Positions 34,239 to 47,990 of a DNA stretch of 64,000 nucleotides are shown here, piece by piece. The first letter of the stretch is position 1. The number at the start of each line of letters is the position of its first letter. Source of the stretch: Lama guanicoe (Eukaryota); contig MU053376.1 in the NCBI GenBank assembly GCA_013239625.1, positions 2,631,078 to 2,695,077 on the forward strand, given 5' to 3'. The notes beneath the pieces are model-generated. The model saw only the letters and a program-made list of their open reading frames with translations. It was not told the DNA's origin and ran no database searches. A program made the translations under genes and the position numbers.

Positions 34239-34787
34239 TGTAGAGGTGGAAAATTTTCATCTACCCTTCTAGGTTTTTCTGGCTGGTCTAAGAACTAAAT
34301 TGACATGACATTAACAAGAGAAAATTAAACAAAGGTTTAATAACATGTATAAATGGGAGAAACCCAGGAAAACTGAGTAACTCACTAAAATGGCCTAAGC
34401 CCTCACTTTAAATACTATCTTCAGCTAAAGACAAAAGACGATGTTGGGGGTCATGGTTTTGGGACTTCAAAGGGGAGGAAGGCAATTCATATGGAGATGA
34501 AAAAGCAGATGTTTGATAAACAAATGTTTGCTGGGCTGTGCAGAGACAATGGCACACAGAGTGGACTCTGATATGTCTCCACCACACCTAGCCCATATTC
34601 TTTGTGGATATCTCTGGTAAAAAGTTTATCCCAAGAACAGATCATTTATCTGAATTCTTTTAGGCAGTTAAGGGAGAGGTGGTAACAAGAAAAACTTCCC
34701 AAGTCTTCTGTTTCTTAAAAATAATCATTCTAAATTAATCCTCATGCTAGAGAGACCATTTGAGGGGAGCAAGTTTTGCTGCCGGCA
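34239..34787 (-). mobile_element. ERV1-class solo LTR (MER34-like)
   Basis: TG...CA; reverse complement 'gcagcaaaacttgc...gcatgaggattaatttaga' matches the start of 39069-39500. Confidence 0.75.
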
Positions 34788-35654
34788 TTGATCAGAACAT
34801 AGAAGAAAGCCCTGTCAGTGTTTGGGCAAGATGAAGGGGAAGGCCCTGGGACCTAGTGGAAGCCCATCTCACTTGATCTTGACCACAATTTAGCCAAGAT
34901 GTCTAGAAGGAAATCAGCATGTTCAAATGATGTCTTGCATAGGAAGCTGGGCCAGCATGTTGTATGTCAGAACACAGGTAGAAAGCTGTAAATGTACGCC
35001 AGCCATTTACAGCTAAGTAAAGCCTTCTCAGACAGGGTATAAAATAGGACAAGGTCTATAACTCCTAGGTGAACATCAGCACATCTAAAATGAGAAAATT
35101 GTAGTTTACATACCACAGAGTTTTCATGTACTTATGTATTTTAGGTTTCCTTTCTTTTTTGGTTTTAATTGGTATTTAGAAAAGCTTTTGTGAAAGTTTC
35201 ACTCTGTCTTAGCCATGCTAAGGGGGAAACAGGGAAATGAGTTTGTGTCCTCAATTTGGCCAAAATGAAAGGGCATAGAGCTCAAGTTGGGATCAGTATA
35301 GGGTGGCAGAAACAACCAAAAGTTGAGGGCCTTGAGTAGAAGGTAGACTGGGAAGAGCAAGGCCACTTGGCCAGCTGTGGAACACATTTAAAAGTTCTTT
35401 TATAAAATGAAAGCTTAGAAGTACTCTACTTCCTTATATTAATGGATTTGGCAGTTCTTTTCCAGGCAAACCCAGACCTCTAAAGTATAAATATCATCAC
35501 AGTCTTAGGAAATATTTATTACTGACCCTCAGCTGTTTTCATCCCAGGATACTTGATCACCAAACAGGTGGGTGAGATGATCTCACCCCTTAAAACAACT
35601 TTAAGTGCTTCGTGCAGAAATACTTGACCTCTTCTATCTGACCAAGACATTTAG

Positions 35655-36221
35655 TGAAGGAGTCACAAAATGGCTTCCCTGATGCTAAGGCAGCTCTAGG
35701 AATTTATCGTAATGAATTAACTTGCTTTGAGTTACGTCTGACTGACTAACGTGTTTTTCTCCTTGTTACTGCTATTACTTAACTTGCCTGAATGACTCTG
35801 TGCTTAGCAACCCCAACCTTATGATTTACGTCCTACCCTAAATAATTTGTACCCAGGAGCTGTTTTCCAAAAAGAAGGTCACAGAACAATAACCAAGGAA
35901 CAGTCAGATCTTCCAAGAGCCAGAGGGATCAGACCAGATAACACCAAGGCCTTGGGCAACAACCACCAAAAGTTCTGGTGACATGAGATAAACTTTTGTA
36001 AAAGTCTCTATTGTTGGTTATCACCGATATGCTCCATCCTGTTTGCCTATATAATCACCAAGCCCCAACCCCAAGGTGGATTCATAGTTACTAAAGTATT
36101 AACCTCTTGTGACTCCCCTTTGACCGGCAAAGCAATATAAAGTCACTCTTTTGGCTCTCAAACTCTGTTTCAGAGTTTGAACTCACCTTTTGGTGTGCAG
36201 AGGCCATTTTTTTCTGTAACA
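35655..36221 (+). mobile_element. ERV1-class solo LTR
   Basis: TG...CA, flanks ttag/ttat, TATA-like 'cctatataa' at ~36047; same family as 33368-33926. Confidence 0.82.
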
Positions 36222-36987
36222 TTATTACAGTTTGAGCCTACCTTGTTAATACTTAATGTCAGTAGTTGCTTACCCTTAAATTAAAAAAAACAAAAACACT
36301 TTTTTTTAAACCTGTACTGGGCTAATTAATGCTTGAATTTCTGTCACTAACAATGCGTTTCTGATTCTCATTACTGCTTTTCTGCATCTTCTTAAAAGGA
36401 TTTTTTTCTCACATGGGAAAAGATAACAAGCTGCATTTGTTTGTAACATACTTTTTGAAGTCAGAAATAATGGTAAATAACTGGCCAGTCTCTGGTGGAA
36501 TACACAGTGGAATTGGGCCAGGGGGTCAGGAGAGGGGTGGGTATGGAAGAGTAAGCACATGAGCCACACTTAGGATAAACTACCTATGTCTGGTCTGCTT
36601 AGACTTGGTCACAGTTGTTTTTCTGGCTAGATTTCCTTTTAGTTTGTAAATGAGAATGACCTTGAAAATTGCCATCAAAATGTCACGAGAAGAGTATCAT
36701 TTAACAAGCTTTTCATCCCAATTTTAATTATAATTTATGTAAGTTCAATATTTTATCTGTTTTGCACTGTTTTCAATGACAGTGTGGCTGGAAAACATGT
36801 CCTGTCCCCTCCCTTCCTCTGAAGGTTGTTGCCAGGTTGAAGGATGAGAGTGGTGACAGCAAATGGAATGTCCCCTGGTAAGAGTGTTACTGGCCAGTCT
36901 TTCCCAGATGCTGCCTGTCTCACTTACTCCAGTCAGTCTTGTGAAGATTAACGAACAGAACCACAAAAACAGTGCAATACTTGGACT

Positions 36988-37440
36988 TGTTAAAAAAACA
37001 AAATTCAACTGAGTAAATCTGAAAACCTAACTGGCTTTATTAAGTGACTCATGAATCCAGTGACTAAAAGTTTTCTCTGAGGAGATTTGCAAAGTGGAAG
37101 GTTTGTGTAGGAAAAAATGTGGGGACAAGGAAGCAAAGAAAATATTTTTATTTCAGGACAGCTTTCGGGGCAGGGAGGGAATGCCAGGGGTTTTTCATTT
37201 AGACTGCTTCTTCCTGGGTCGGGTGGGAGGGAATGGAGAGGGCCCACATGACAGATTTACCACAGTGGGGCTGATGAGAAAATTCCAGAATGGCTGATTA
37301 AGACTATGTTTCTGGGGAAGGTCAAAACTGCAATTAAGTCAGGTATAAAGACTAGGTTTGGTGTCCTGGGCATTGGCGCTAGTGACACCATTGTGGGCCT
37401 GTGGGTTTCTTATTTGTTTGTTTGTTTTTTTCTCCCAAAA
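36988..37440 (-). mobile_element. ERV1-class solo LTR related to 30502-30943
   Basis: 'tgttaaaaaaacaaaattcaactgagtaaat' is the reverse complement of the 3' end of the 30502 LTR (ttgctcagttgaattttgttttttagca). Confidence 0.75.
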
Positions 37441-39068
37441 GTCTTTGGCATGTAAAATGTTGAGGGAATCAATTTAGTCTGACGGGACTGTTGGAAGAGG
37501 TGAAGGGAAGATATTTGTTAAGCAAATATTTAATGACGGCTTAATACAACTTTATTGAAGCAGGCGTTACCAGGACATAAAGGGAAAGCTGAAACAAAGC
37601 CTCTTTCCTTTCACAATCCAAAATCCACCTGGAGAGATCAGGCACTGTAGTAGAATCACTAAGCGGAAGGTCAGAGCTGTTTTGGTTAAATGTCACTGCC
37701 ATGTATGGAAATTCAGGGCTGAGAAGGAGACCCTTTTAGCTGGAAGGCTTTGTGGAGGAGGTGGGGTTTTAGCCACGAAATGTACACTTACTGATTGCCT
37801 CTTTCCATTGAGCAGGCCTAAGAGTTTTGAATATTATCAGTTTTAAAGACCCGCATTAGCCCAGTTCTGAATGGAGCAGAAGCAACATGGTGCTCCCACA
37901 GGTCAGTAGGATTCGTGAAAGAAGATCACCCAGAATTGGCATGATTATTTTACATGTACTGAGTTCTACCGAGGCTCAAACCTCAGGAGAAAAACAGTTT
38001 TTTTTTTTTTTCTTTCAAGGGGGACTTAGAACACAGCAAAAATCTATCTTTGTGACCCCGGAAAGGTAATACAGCTGAACTTTTCCAGCTCTGGTGCCTC
38101 CAGCCACGCCTGGAGCTCAGCCAAAGGCATTTTAAGACACCCAGAAATGTCTGGTGCCATAGTTGAGAATTAAGTTCAGATATTTCTGTCCATTCTTCAC
38201 AAGATCCTGCCCCATGTGAAGCTGTGGCAGGAACAAGCCTGCTAACAAGAGCAAAAGCCACACTCTTCAGATGCTGGAAGGAAATATGCAGAAAAGGGAA
38301 TGTTCCCACGAGATTTCACAAGGTGGTGGGCACAGGGAGAGGACAGTCTAAGAATGGAGAGCACAAAGGAAAAAGAACAGAATGATGACTAGTCTGATAG
38401 AGACTGCCTGTGAATTATCTCCCATCCCAAGAACAGTGATGGCAGGTAATGTTCTCAGCGGTATCTTAGTTCTTATCGGTGTACATGCCTTTTATTTCTC
38501 CTTTAACTTCCTCATAGCTGTAAAAAAGACAGCACATAAAGGTTTGAGTTGTTCAGATGAGCGTGACATGTACCCAGCATAGTACACTTTGTAATCACTT
38601 TCCCGTAAGCAACAAGGATGCTTCACAGAATCCTTCACAGCAACCCATATTTCTTTCCTGTAATATTCCTGGCATGTCCCAGAGGCATGAGCGTGCCCAG
38701 AATTCACTGGCTTCAGCATCGGCTGAGCCACTATGAGATGCCTGGTTTAAGGGGCTGTTTTGAGCCAAAATCTGCCCTCTCTAGATCTTTGCGCTTCAAA
38801 TATTGTGGTAAGGGATTTCCCAGATGCATAGTAAGATATTTCCAGTTGAGAAAAAATGTTAACTGAATCAGTGAAATGGAAGGATGTGGGTCTCGGTCAG
38901 CAGTGTTTTTTTATGCCTCAGAGTCAATAGTAACCAGATTCTCAGCTTTCTAGCAATGACTGCTGATTTCAAAACATAACTTCATGAAGCATTTATATAG
39001 GTATCATATGGGTGTGCATCTCTTTCTTTAAATTCTCTCTTCTTTTTCCTTACTCTTCTTCTTCTGGA

Positions 39069-39502
39069 TGTAGGGGAGCAAAATTTGCCACAGCAAAATT
39101 TGTCTCTTTGGCATGAGGATTATTTTAGGCTAATTACTTTAAAGAAAGAAGAGTCTGGAAGTTTTTTTTTTCCCCCACCTCCCCCTTAACTGTCTAAAAG
39201 AATTCAGAAGAGAGCCGCCACCAAAGATAATGTTGTTTTACACAAGAAACACTCCTTCAAGTGGCACGGTTAAACTTTTGTTAACCAAACATTTGCTGAA
39301 TTGTCTTTCTCCCCTTTGAAGTCCCAGGTCCCTGCCCCCTTCCCTTAGCTCAGAGTAGCCTATAATCCTGAATTGCCTGACTGCCCTTTGGGGCCTCATA
39401 TTCTTATGGATCCTCTTCCACACAAGACTAAGTTTGATTTTCTTCTATTAATTATACCAGCCAGAAGAACCAGGAAGGGCAGAGGACAATGTTTCCTCTC
39501 AG
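39069..39502 (+). mobile_element. ERV1-class solo LTR (MER34-like)
   Basis: 'tgtaggggagcaaaatttgccac...ggcatgaggattattttagg'; TATA-like 'cctataa' at ~39360. Confidence 0.75.
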
Positions 39503-40402
39503 GCATGGATATTGATGTATCTATTTTAAAGAACTACAAATTAAAAATCAAACCCGCCCCATGAGTAAGCCATGAGAGTCACAGATGTTTTGTTTTGTTT
39601 TTTTAAATGGGAAAGTTGTTTTTTCCACAGATTTTCATCTGGTTTACAAATGACAAAGGACTTGCTCAGCATAATTCTCTTTGGGTGGGCTGGTCACACT
39701 CAGGAATTCTGGAGACAGGAAGAGGACACTATTTTTGCTCTGAAATGTTTTCTATTTTGACTTTGCATTAGCTATGCTTAAGTTAACAAGAAAATGAATG
39801 TTTTCGTGTCTTTTAGCGTCTATATCGTCCTTCCTGCTCTAAAATAGCACTTCCAGATTTTGCAACAGAATTTATCTGCAAAACAGACACAGTTTTGTGG
39901 AATGGGGAGAGGTTCCAAAGTCAGGAGGTGCTGACAGCATGGATGATAACGTTGGTGCTGTCACCTGGCATTTGTGTAAATTACATTTCTCTCCTTAGTG
40001 AGAACTAGATGGATTTGGGCATTTAGAGATGATCTCTTGTCTCATTATACCATTCTGTGGCCCCAGATCAATTACTAATTTAACAATGTTCCTTCTTTCT
40101 AGAAGACACCCCCTTCCAAGAAAAATACAAGTTCCCTGCCAGCTTTCCCATCTTTTCAGAAATATCGGTGGGGGCGGGGTGGGGGTGGATGTGGTGGGAT
40201 TCTATAAACCACAGAACAGTGTACAGGACTTGATGTATCCAAAAACTTTTTAGAAAATGTTAATACCGGCCTTATATCTTCAGTGGTCTGTAGTAGGGGT
40301 CTGTGGTCACAACTAATGGCCATGATGCTGATGACTCAGGGGACCCCCCCAGATTTGTCATGTCAGTAATTGTATTGACACTGATGCTCCAATCCCCCTG
40401 GA

Positions 40403-41517
40403 TGTTACCAAACTCAGGTCCAGCTGCTGGAAATCAATACTGAGAGGGAATTGTTGGTAGAAAGGATACTTACTTTTAATCAGAAAGCTGGCAGTCTAGG
40501 GAGAAGGCAGACTCATGTCCCAATACCAACTCTGAAGATTCTGCTTGACTTGGAAGTTTCTAACAGGAAAAGGGGAAGTAATCTTAGCTGATCACTGAGA
40601 TAGGGGATCAGACTCACAGCTGTCTCCCACTGCCTGCAGGCTTGTTGACTCCTTGTGATCTTTCTTAAGATGCTGTCTTGTTCACACAGTCTGTTCATGA
40701 GATTATTGAGGGGAAACCTAGGGAAAAGATTTGGTCACCTGTTAATTATTTATTCTTTATTTTTATGCCTTTGATCTATGGAAAGAACCAACATGTTAGG
40801 CAAGGGATTGTGTGATCAAAAGATTTAAAGGTGTGCTTGGGCAGGAGATGAGAACAGCAGAGGGGTTCCTGGTTTAAAGTTAGTGACAATATAGCTTGAC
40901 AAAAGTGACAAAAAAAGGGTATCCTGCTGAGGGTGGTTTTCTGCAAAGAGCTGCTTACAAATTCCCAATCAGGTATCATTTCATTTCTATGGGATTAGGG
41001 ACGAAAATCAGTCTTTTGTAACTTTTTCATCCTGAGAAAGGGTGTCTAGGTCTTAGAGTGAAAGATAACAACACGGGCTTGAAGCACCTCTTTGCTGACA
41101 GTTTTAGTTTCTTGCCTATATATATGGGTAGAGCAAGCTATAATTGTTTTGATCCCCAGAAAGATTTAGGTTATTATGAGCAATAGTGTTAGTCCCATGC
41201 TCTTAAGGCCAGTTCTTGGAAATGTGCTAGCCATTTCAGTACTGCTCAAGGTGGAGTGGCTTTCATGGCTGCAGTCTGGTCACCATGCAGTTAGCTTTTT
41301 CCCTCTGTTGGCAGTTTAGTATCCACAAAACAACTCAGAAATGTGCATCAGACAGTGAGTCTGTGACTCTATTATCCTAATCATTAGCTGCTTGAGCCTG
41401 CTCCTCTGTGACTCAGGGAGGCCTGGGGGATTTCAGCTTTTCTACAAATAAGAGATAAGGGACCTGGAGGGGGCCTTTGTGCTTGAGGAGGCCCCTGCAG
41501 GGTTCTACTCAGTTCCA
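40403..41517 (-). mobile_element. Long (~1.1 kb) ERV1-class solo LTR with 4-bp TSD
   Basis: tgttacc...ttcca termini; TSD tgga (40399-40402 and 41518-41521). Confidence 0.82.
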
Positions 41518-42714
41518 TGGACACTAACATGGACACAGTGCATGTGAGTCCACGCAGGAATTAGAATCCACGTATTAGCCTCAGGTTAATTGAAGACAAA
41601 AGAACCCTTCTCTCCCCCAGGCTGCTGCTGAGCAACCTTGGAGCATCCCAAGGGCTGAGGCAGCCAGTTGAGTTGGGCATGCCATTTGACACATACACCA
41701 CGGGGACTCTGCAGAGCAGTGCAGCCTATAATTCCCAGAGTGAGAGTCCAAGAGGGAAAGGGGGAAATAAATAGATCTTACCTGAAATACGTTCTAACCA
41801 GTCACAGCTCCCTTTGGAAGAAACCAGCTCAGATCTCCCCGGGAGTTACTGAAGCTAAAAAGAGTCCAGTGGTTACTCCATGAGAGTATGGCAAACATAT
41901 AGGGAAGGTAAAATCTGAATGAAATGCTCTTAACATGGCCAAGGACATTGCCCCAGTAGGCAATTATCTGGAGGGAAATTTTACAGGTGTAGTCTCTGTG
42001 TAAGTGGGGTATTTAAAGTTTAGCCTTTAAAAAAATTGTTCCCAGTGGAGACCATCTCATGAGCCAGCATGAGCATTGCCAAGCAACAACAGAAACAAAG
42101 GCAGGCTCCAAGAAGTTCATTAAAATCCACAGCTGCAGGGTTTTGCTCTACTGTTCTCCACCCTAGTGGAAGAGACAGAGCCAGTCAGAACTGGTCCCTC
42201 TTGTCTGTCTGACCTCCCCACCCTGCTCCTCTGAGCTCCCATAGCACTCTGTTTACACTGTTTTAACATGGAATACATTTTGCATCATGCCATAGATTTA
42301 ATATAATTTTTATATGTTTCTCAGTTAGATCACTGGCTCCTCTCAGGCAGGATCCTTGTCTTATTTGTCTTCCTACTAACTTAGTGCCCCAAACAATATC
42401 TTCCTTTACATAATAGGTTTGCAATAAACTGAATGTTAACTGTCTATTAACTATCTCTGCCTGTTGAAATTCTAGGTTCCCTTTAAGGCCTATTGGAAAT
42501 GGTCCCTTTTTTCAAGAAGCCTTTTCTTAACTCTAATGTGCTGTCATTTCCCTCTGAATTCCTACAGAATTTCTTTCTTGTACCCCTTCTTTGAAACTTA
42601 TTTTGCTTGTATTAAAGTCATGCTAGTTTGGCCTTAACTGTGTGCTCCTTCAGGATAGGAACCATGTCTTTCTTGGCCCTATATCTTTGGATACAAAGAC
42701 TTTCACACAGCCTT

Positions 42715-43080
42715 GCTCATTCATTCATTCCACAGATATAACTGAGTATCAACTATGTGAATTCTGGTCTAGGGCTGGGGCTATAAAGCGAATCAAATAG
42801 ACATGGTTTTTATTCTCAGAGAGCTTAAAGGTCTCAAAGAGTATTTTGACAATTCAACAAGAAATTAAAGCTCAGTGCTTTGATAAGATAAAGAGACCTT
42901 GAGATCACTTGACCTGATTTAGGGGATCAGAGAAGATTTTCATGAGGCAGTGATATGCTGAGAATTAAAGAATGAAGAAACTGCATGTGCAAAGGTCAGG
43001 AAGTGAGAGAGACAGACTGGTATTCCGAAGGAACTGAAAGAAGTTTAGAAATTCAAACTGGCTCAAATGAAGAATGCTTT
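42715..43080 (-). mobile_element. L2 3' fragment
   Basis: 'tcattcattcattccacagatataactgagtatcaactatgtg' antisense L2 tail. Confidence 0.7.
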
Positions 43081-43628
43081 AAATTTACATCATATGTTTC
43101 CCTCTAAAAAACTGAAATCTACAGGGACAAGACGTGAAAAGTGGAAACCCAAGTTCATGTATGTGAGGCTAAATTAGCAAAAAAACCTCACATATTCTGG
43201 CTCCCAGATCAGTTCTCTTTCTGCTAAGTATTTCTCTTTCTACATTTCTGTCAATGTATTCCCTCAGCACACTCATGGAAACCTGTTGATACAGAAGATA
43301 AATATATGCAAGCTTTTGATGTAGTTTACATATCCCCAAATTATTCACATATTTTCTGCATTCTAGTTCAACAGTGTTCTCTCTGATTGTTCATACGTAA
43401 GAAAATACCTTAAATCCAAGAAATACATGTGGAACTTTGTCACAAGTAAGTTGGCAAGTAAGTGAATCTATGGGAAACAGTTTTATAGTCTTTGAGCCTA
43501 CAGAGCTGAATGGAACCTGGGCAAAACTGATTTCAGGAAACCAGCATTCAGAGGGCTTTGGTTTTGCCTATCTACAAAGTTTCAGTGGGGAAGGAGGACA
43601 CAAGACTATACGTAGTATGAACCAAATT

Positions 43629-44083
43629 TGAGAAATTGAGACTTGATTGAAATAAAAAGGCATTTATCTGGGTTTTGTTAGGACTGCAGTCTGGGAGGTA
43701 AAGATTCAAGACATACTTGAATTGAGTTCTGCCAGACTGCAAAGTGAGGGAGGCTTATAAAACGCAAAAGCGCAGGATTACCGTTAGTTATCTGGTTTGC
43801 TTATCAAGAATTATAATTGGAGCTGGCAAGAAGTAAGAGTGCTTGCTAAGTATTTGCTGGGGTCCAAAATGTTTGTTCAGTTACAAGGAAAGACCTTGAG
43901 ACCATAAGGTTGCAGCTGGCAGGTGTTGTTCTGAATACGGCTGATGGTGTCCTTGGATCTGGTACAGTTCAAAGAAAGTTCAAGTTCTCAGTGGTGCAGA
44001 GACATGTCTGAGACCACATCCTCCATGACTGCCTGGACTTGATTTTTGTATGCCTGAATTATGATTACTCCATTGTAATTTCA
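43629..44083 (-). mobile_element. ERV-type solo LTR
   Basis: TG...CA ends, antisense TATA-like 'gcttataaaa', near-TSD aatt/attt. Confidence 0.6.
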
Positions 44084-44467
44084 ATTTGTCATCAGTAAGA
44101 TGATCAAATAATTTATCATCCCAACAGGGACATTTTGAGACTAAAACAGAGAATTCATAATAACTATGCATCAAGAAAAACAGGTGCAAACTGGGACTGC
44201 CCAGGCAAATTGGGACATACAATTAATCTATCTCTAACTGAAAAAAAATTTCACAGATTTAGAAATCTTAATATTGAAGGCCTCTCTTTGCCTTTATTCT
44301 AGATTGCATTTTACAGAAAGATGCGCTGAAAATAGTTGATGTTCAAAGAATGTTAACTATACCCTAGAAAACAGGAGAACCATGTCCCCTTTCTTCATAC
44401 CTAGCAAATTGGATCTTTCATCTCTAATTATAAAATCTCTAAATATTGGCCACTGCACAGCCATTGT

Positions 44468-45230
44468 TGTGAGTATGAAATATAGCAATACATATATTGG
44501 TCTCTGCCACAGGTTCCTGCTAACATTTGGTCTTTGAATCCCGTTCCTGACAAAACCCTTGTAAAACTCTTGTAATTTCCTGAGTTATAGGAGCATCTGA
44601 CACAGAGCTCCTAGCTCCGTTGGTTGCCTAGGTGATAGGAGCATCTCTTGCTCATAGTGGACTGAATGGAGACTGGTCATCAGAAAGACCAAGCCATGGT
44701 TAGAAGCTTGGAACTTTTAGCCCCACCCACCTATTCTCCAGAGAGGGGAAGGACTGGAAGCTCAGTTAACACATCCCTGTCAAGAGAGTGACACACCACA
44801 ACTCCGCAGGGACAAAAACTCTTGTGTGTTGGCCCTTACAGACCTTGCCTTAGGTATGTCTTCTGCCTGCTCATTTTTATCCTTTAAAATATCTTTTGTA
44901 ATAAATCAGCAATAGTAAGTAAATTATTTTCCTGGATTCTTTGAGCCACTCTAGCAAATTACTGATAACTGACCCACGGAGAGGGTCATGGGAACCTCAG
45001 ATTTGTAGCTAAGTCAGATAGAAGATGTGGTTAACCACTACTTGCAGTTGGCATCTGAAAGGGCCGGGGCAGGGGCAGGGGCAGTCTTGTGTAACCGAGC
45101 CCTTGACTTGTGGAGTCTGCATGAACTCCAGGGAGTTAGGGTCAGGAATTCTTGGTGTGGAAAACCCACATGTCTGGTGTCAGAAGTGTTGTGAAGATGA
45201 GTATATGAAAACAATGAGTTTTTCCCAGAC
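44468..45230 (+). mobile_element. MER21-like solo LTR
   Basis: Shares 'aataaa...agtaagtaaa...tgagccactctagcaaatt' with 25950-26015. Confidence 0.8.
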
Positions 45231-45256
45231 AATGAGTCTTCTGAACTACCTAAACT

Positions 45257-45355
45257 CTAGAGCAACATTGTCCAACAGAACTTTCTGTAATGATGAAATG
45301 TTCTATCTGCACACTATCCAGTGTAGTAGCCACTAGCCACATGGACCTGTTATTG
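45257..45355. mobile_element. MER3-like hAT-Charlie MITE fragment
   Basis: 'ttgtccaacagaactttctgtaatgatgaaatgttctatctgcac...gtagccactagccacatg'. Confidence 0.8.
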
Positions 45356-46890
45356 AGGTATGACTGAGCTGTACATATTTAATGTGGACAACTTGATGAG
45401 TTTGGAGATAGAATGGTATACACCCATGAAACCATCACCAACACAATTTATGCCATACACACATCCATCACCTCCAAAAGTCTTCTCCTGTCCTCTCTAT
45501 TTATTATTATTTTGTGTATGGGATAAGATTACTTAACATAAGATCTTAGCAAAGTTTTAGGTAGATAGTACAGTATTGTTTACTGTAGGCAGTATGCTGT
45601 ACAGGAGATCTATAAAAAGTGTTCATCCTGTACAACCAAAAATTTGTACTCTTTGACTAATATCTCCCTGTTTTCCCCTCCCCTCAGCCCTTGGCACCTA
45701 CCATTCTACTCTCTACTTCTGTGAGTTTGACTACTTTAGATCCCTCATATAGGTGGTATCATGTAGTATTTGTCCATGTGTGTCTGGCTTATTTCACTTA
45801 GCAAAATATCCTCAGAGTCCATCTTTGTTGCAAGTGGTAGGATTTCCTTCTTTTTTAAAGCTGAGTAATATTCCATTGCATGTACAGTTGACCCTTGACC
45901 AACACTGGGATTAGGGGGGCTGACCTCTGTGCTGTCAAAAATCCCTGTATAACTTTATAGTGGCTCTCTGTATCCTTGGTTCTGCATCCATGGATTCAAC
46001 CAACTGTGGATCATGTAGTAGTACTGTAGTAAGTATTTACTGAAATAAATTTGGGTATAAGTGGGTCAACACAGTTCAAACCTTTGTTGTTCAAGGGCAA
46101 ATTGTATATACCATATTTTCTTTATCTATTCATCTGTCAGTGGACACTTAGATTGCTTCCATGTCTTAGCTATTGTGTACAATGTTTTACTGAACATGAA
46201 TAGCAGACGTCTCTTCAAGATATTGATTTCAGTTCCTTTGCACATGTAACTAGAAGCAGGATTGCTGGATCATACCATTTTACGTTTTCTGAGGAACCTC
46301 CGTATTGTGTTCCATAGCGGCTACACTGATTCATATTCCCAACAGTGAAGAAGGCTCCCTTTTCTCACCATCCTTACCAACATGTTATTTTTCATTTTGT
46401 TGATAGCAGTCATCCTAAGATGTGTGAGAAAATACCTCATTGTGGTTTTGGTTTGCATTTCTCTGATGATTAGTGATATTGAGCACCTTTTCATATATCT
46501 GTTGACCATCTGTATGTTTTCTTTACACAAATTTCTGTTCAGTTCTTCTGCCCATTTTTAAATTTTTGGTTTTTTGCTATCAAGTTGAAAAGTTTCCTTA
46601 TGTATTTGGGACGTTAACTCTATCAGATATATGGTTTGCCACTGTTTTCTGCCATTTCATAGGAGGTTTTTCATTTTGTTAGTGATTCTCTTTGCTGTGC
46701 AGAAGCTTTTTAGTTTGATATAATCCCACTTGTCTATTTTTTGCTTTTGTTGTCTTTGTGTTTGGTGTCATATCCAAAAATCTTTGACAAAGTAAATGTT
46801 AAGAAGCTTTTCCCTATGTTTTCTTCTAGAAGTTTTATGATTTCAGGTCTTATGTTTAAGTCTTTAATCAATTTTGAATTGATTTCTTTT
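45356..46890 (-). mobile_element. L1 (L1MA-like) 3' portion, antisense
   Basis: ORF 46321-46530(-) [24 protein letters not shown] is the ORF2 C-terminus; classic 3'UTR. Confidence 0.92.
45885..46104. mobile_element. Tigger-derived MITE (MER8-like) nested in L1
   Basis: TIRs cagttgacccttga / tcaagggcaaattg flanked by TA on both sides. Confidence 0.88.
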
Positions 46891-47789
46891 TGCAGGTAAA
46901 GGATAAATGTCCACCAGTGAAATAATTTAAATACTGGGAAAATATATAGAGAATGTTCATCTTTGCTTTTTACAATAGTGAAAAACTGGAAATAAGCTAA
47001 GGATTCAACAATAGGAGAATGATTAATAAATTACTGACAGGTTAAAAATAGACTATTGTGTAACTACTTTAAAAGAGTTTTTATTCCAATAAGAAAGTTC
47101 ACAATATGATATTAAGTAAAAGTCATATGAGAGAAAAAAACTTGGGAGAGAATACATCAAAAAAGGAGTTAAAAATTGTAGAAAAATCTGAGAAAGATAT
47201 AAACACAGTCTTTTCCTGGAGGATTTGCCATTTAAAAATGCAGTTGTTTTCAGTGCCAGGTATCCTTGGTGGCCAGTGCCTCCTGAAAGTGTGGAAGCTG
47301 CAGAGAGCGGGGTTCAAGCGCTCCCTGAGGGCACGGCTTGTAGATTTCCACTCATTATGGAATCAAATCTTGAGAGTCAGGCCCCAGTCTGAGCACACTG
47401 CACTGCCCCGCCAGAGAGGGAGAGAGGAGGCAAGAGGGCCTGAAAGTATAAAATGGAAGACACTTGGACAGTGATTAAATTTAAGCAATCTAATTTTTAA
47501 AGACAATTCTGCGTCATTTGCATATGAAGAGAAGAGCAGGAGATTATCTGGTGGGCCAGGAGCTAGGCTGGGGAAAGGGGTGAAGATAACGAATAACATT
47601 TCCTGGGCAGTATTCTTGGAAGTACAGGGTCCATGGCAGTTTCCCAGTTCTCTCACCACTGGTTTCAATGACATCAAAAGGATCTTTCTTCTTTTGCTTC
47701 CTCCTTATTTTTCCAGCACTTATCTCTTAGGTCCCTGGGGAAAAAGCAGTGATTGTCATAATTTTGTTGGACTTTAAACTTAATCAGGC

Positions 47790-47990
47790 CTGTTGGCATG
47801 AAAAGAGTAAGGGCTTCGGAGCCAGAGAAATTTGAATCTGGTCCTCCTCCGCCTCTTCTTATTTGTGTGTTGTTGGGAAGCTGCTTAACTTCTCAGGTTT
47901 TCGGTCTCCTTAGATGGAAAAGACGATCAATGATACCCACTTCTAAGGACTGTTGTACACAGTAGCCCAGGGCCTGGTGCCGTAGGAACC
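47790..47990 (+). mobile_element. MIR SINE
   Basis: 'gggcttcggagccagag...ttgggaagctgcttaacttctc...ggtctccttagatggaaa'. Confidence 0.7.

Noticed and set aside
33368..36221. Two related LTRs as the ends of one provirus
   Set aside because: They are inverted, with no retroviral internal sequence between them.
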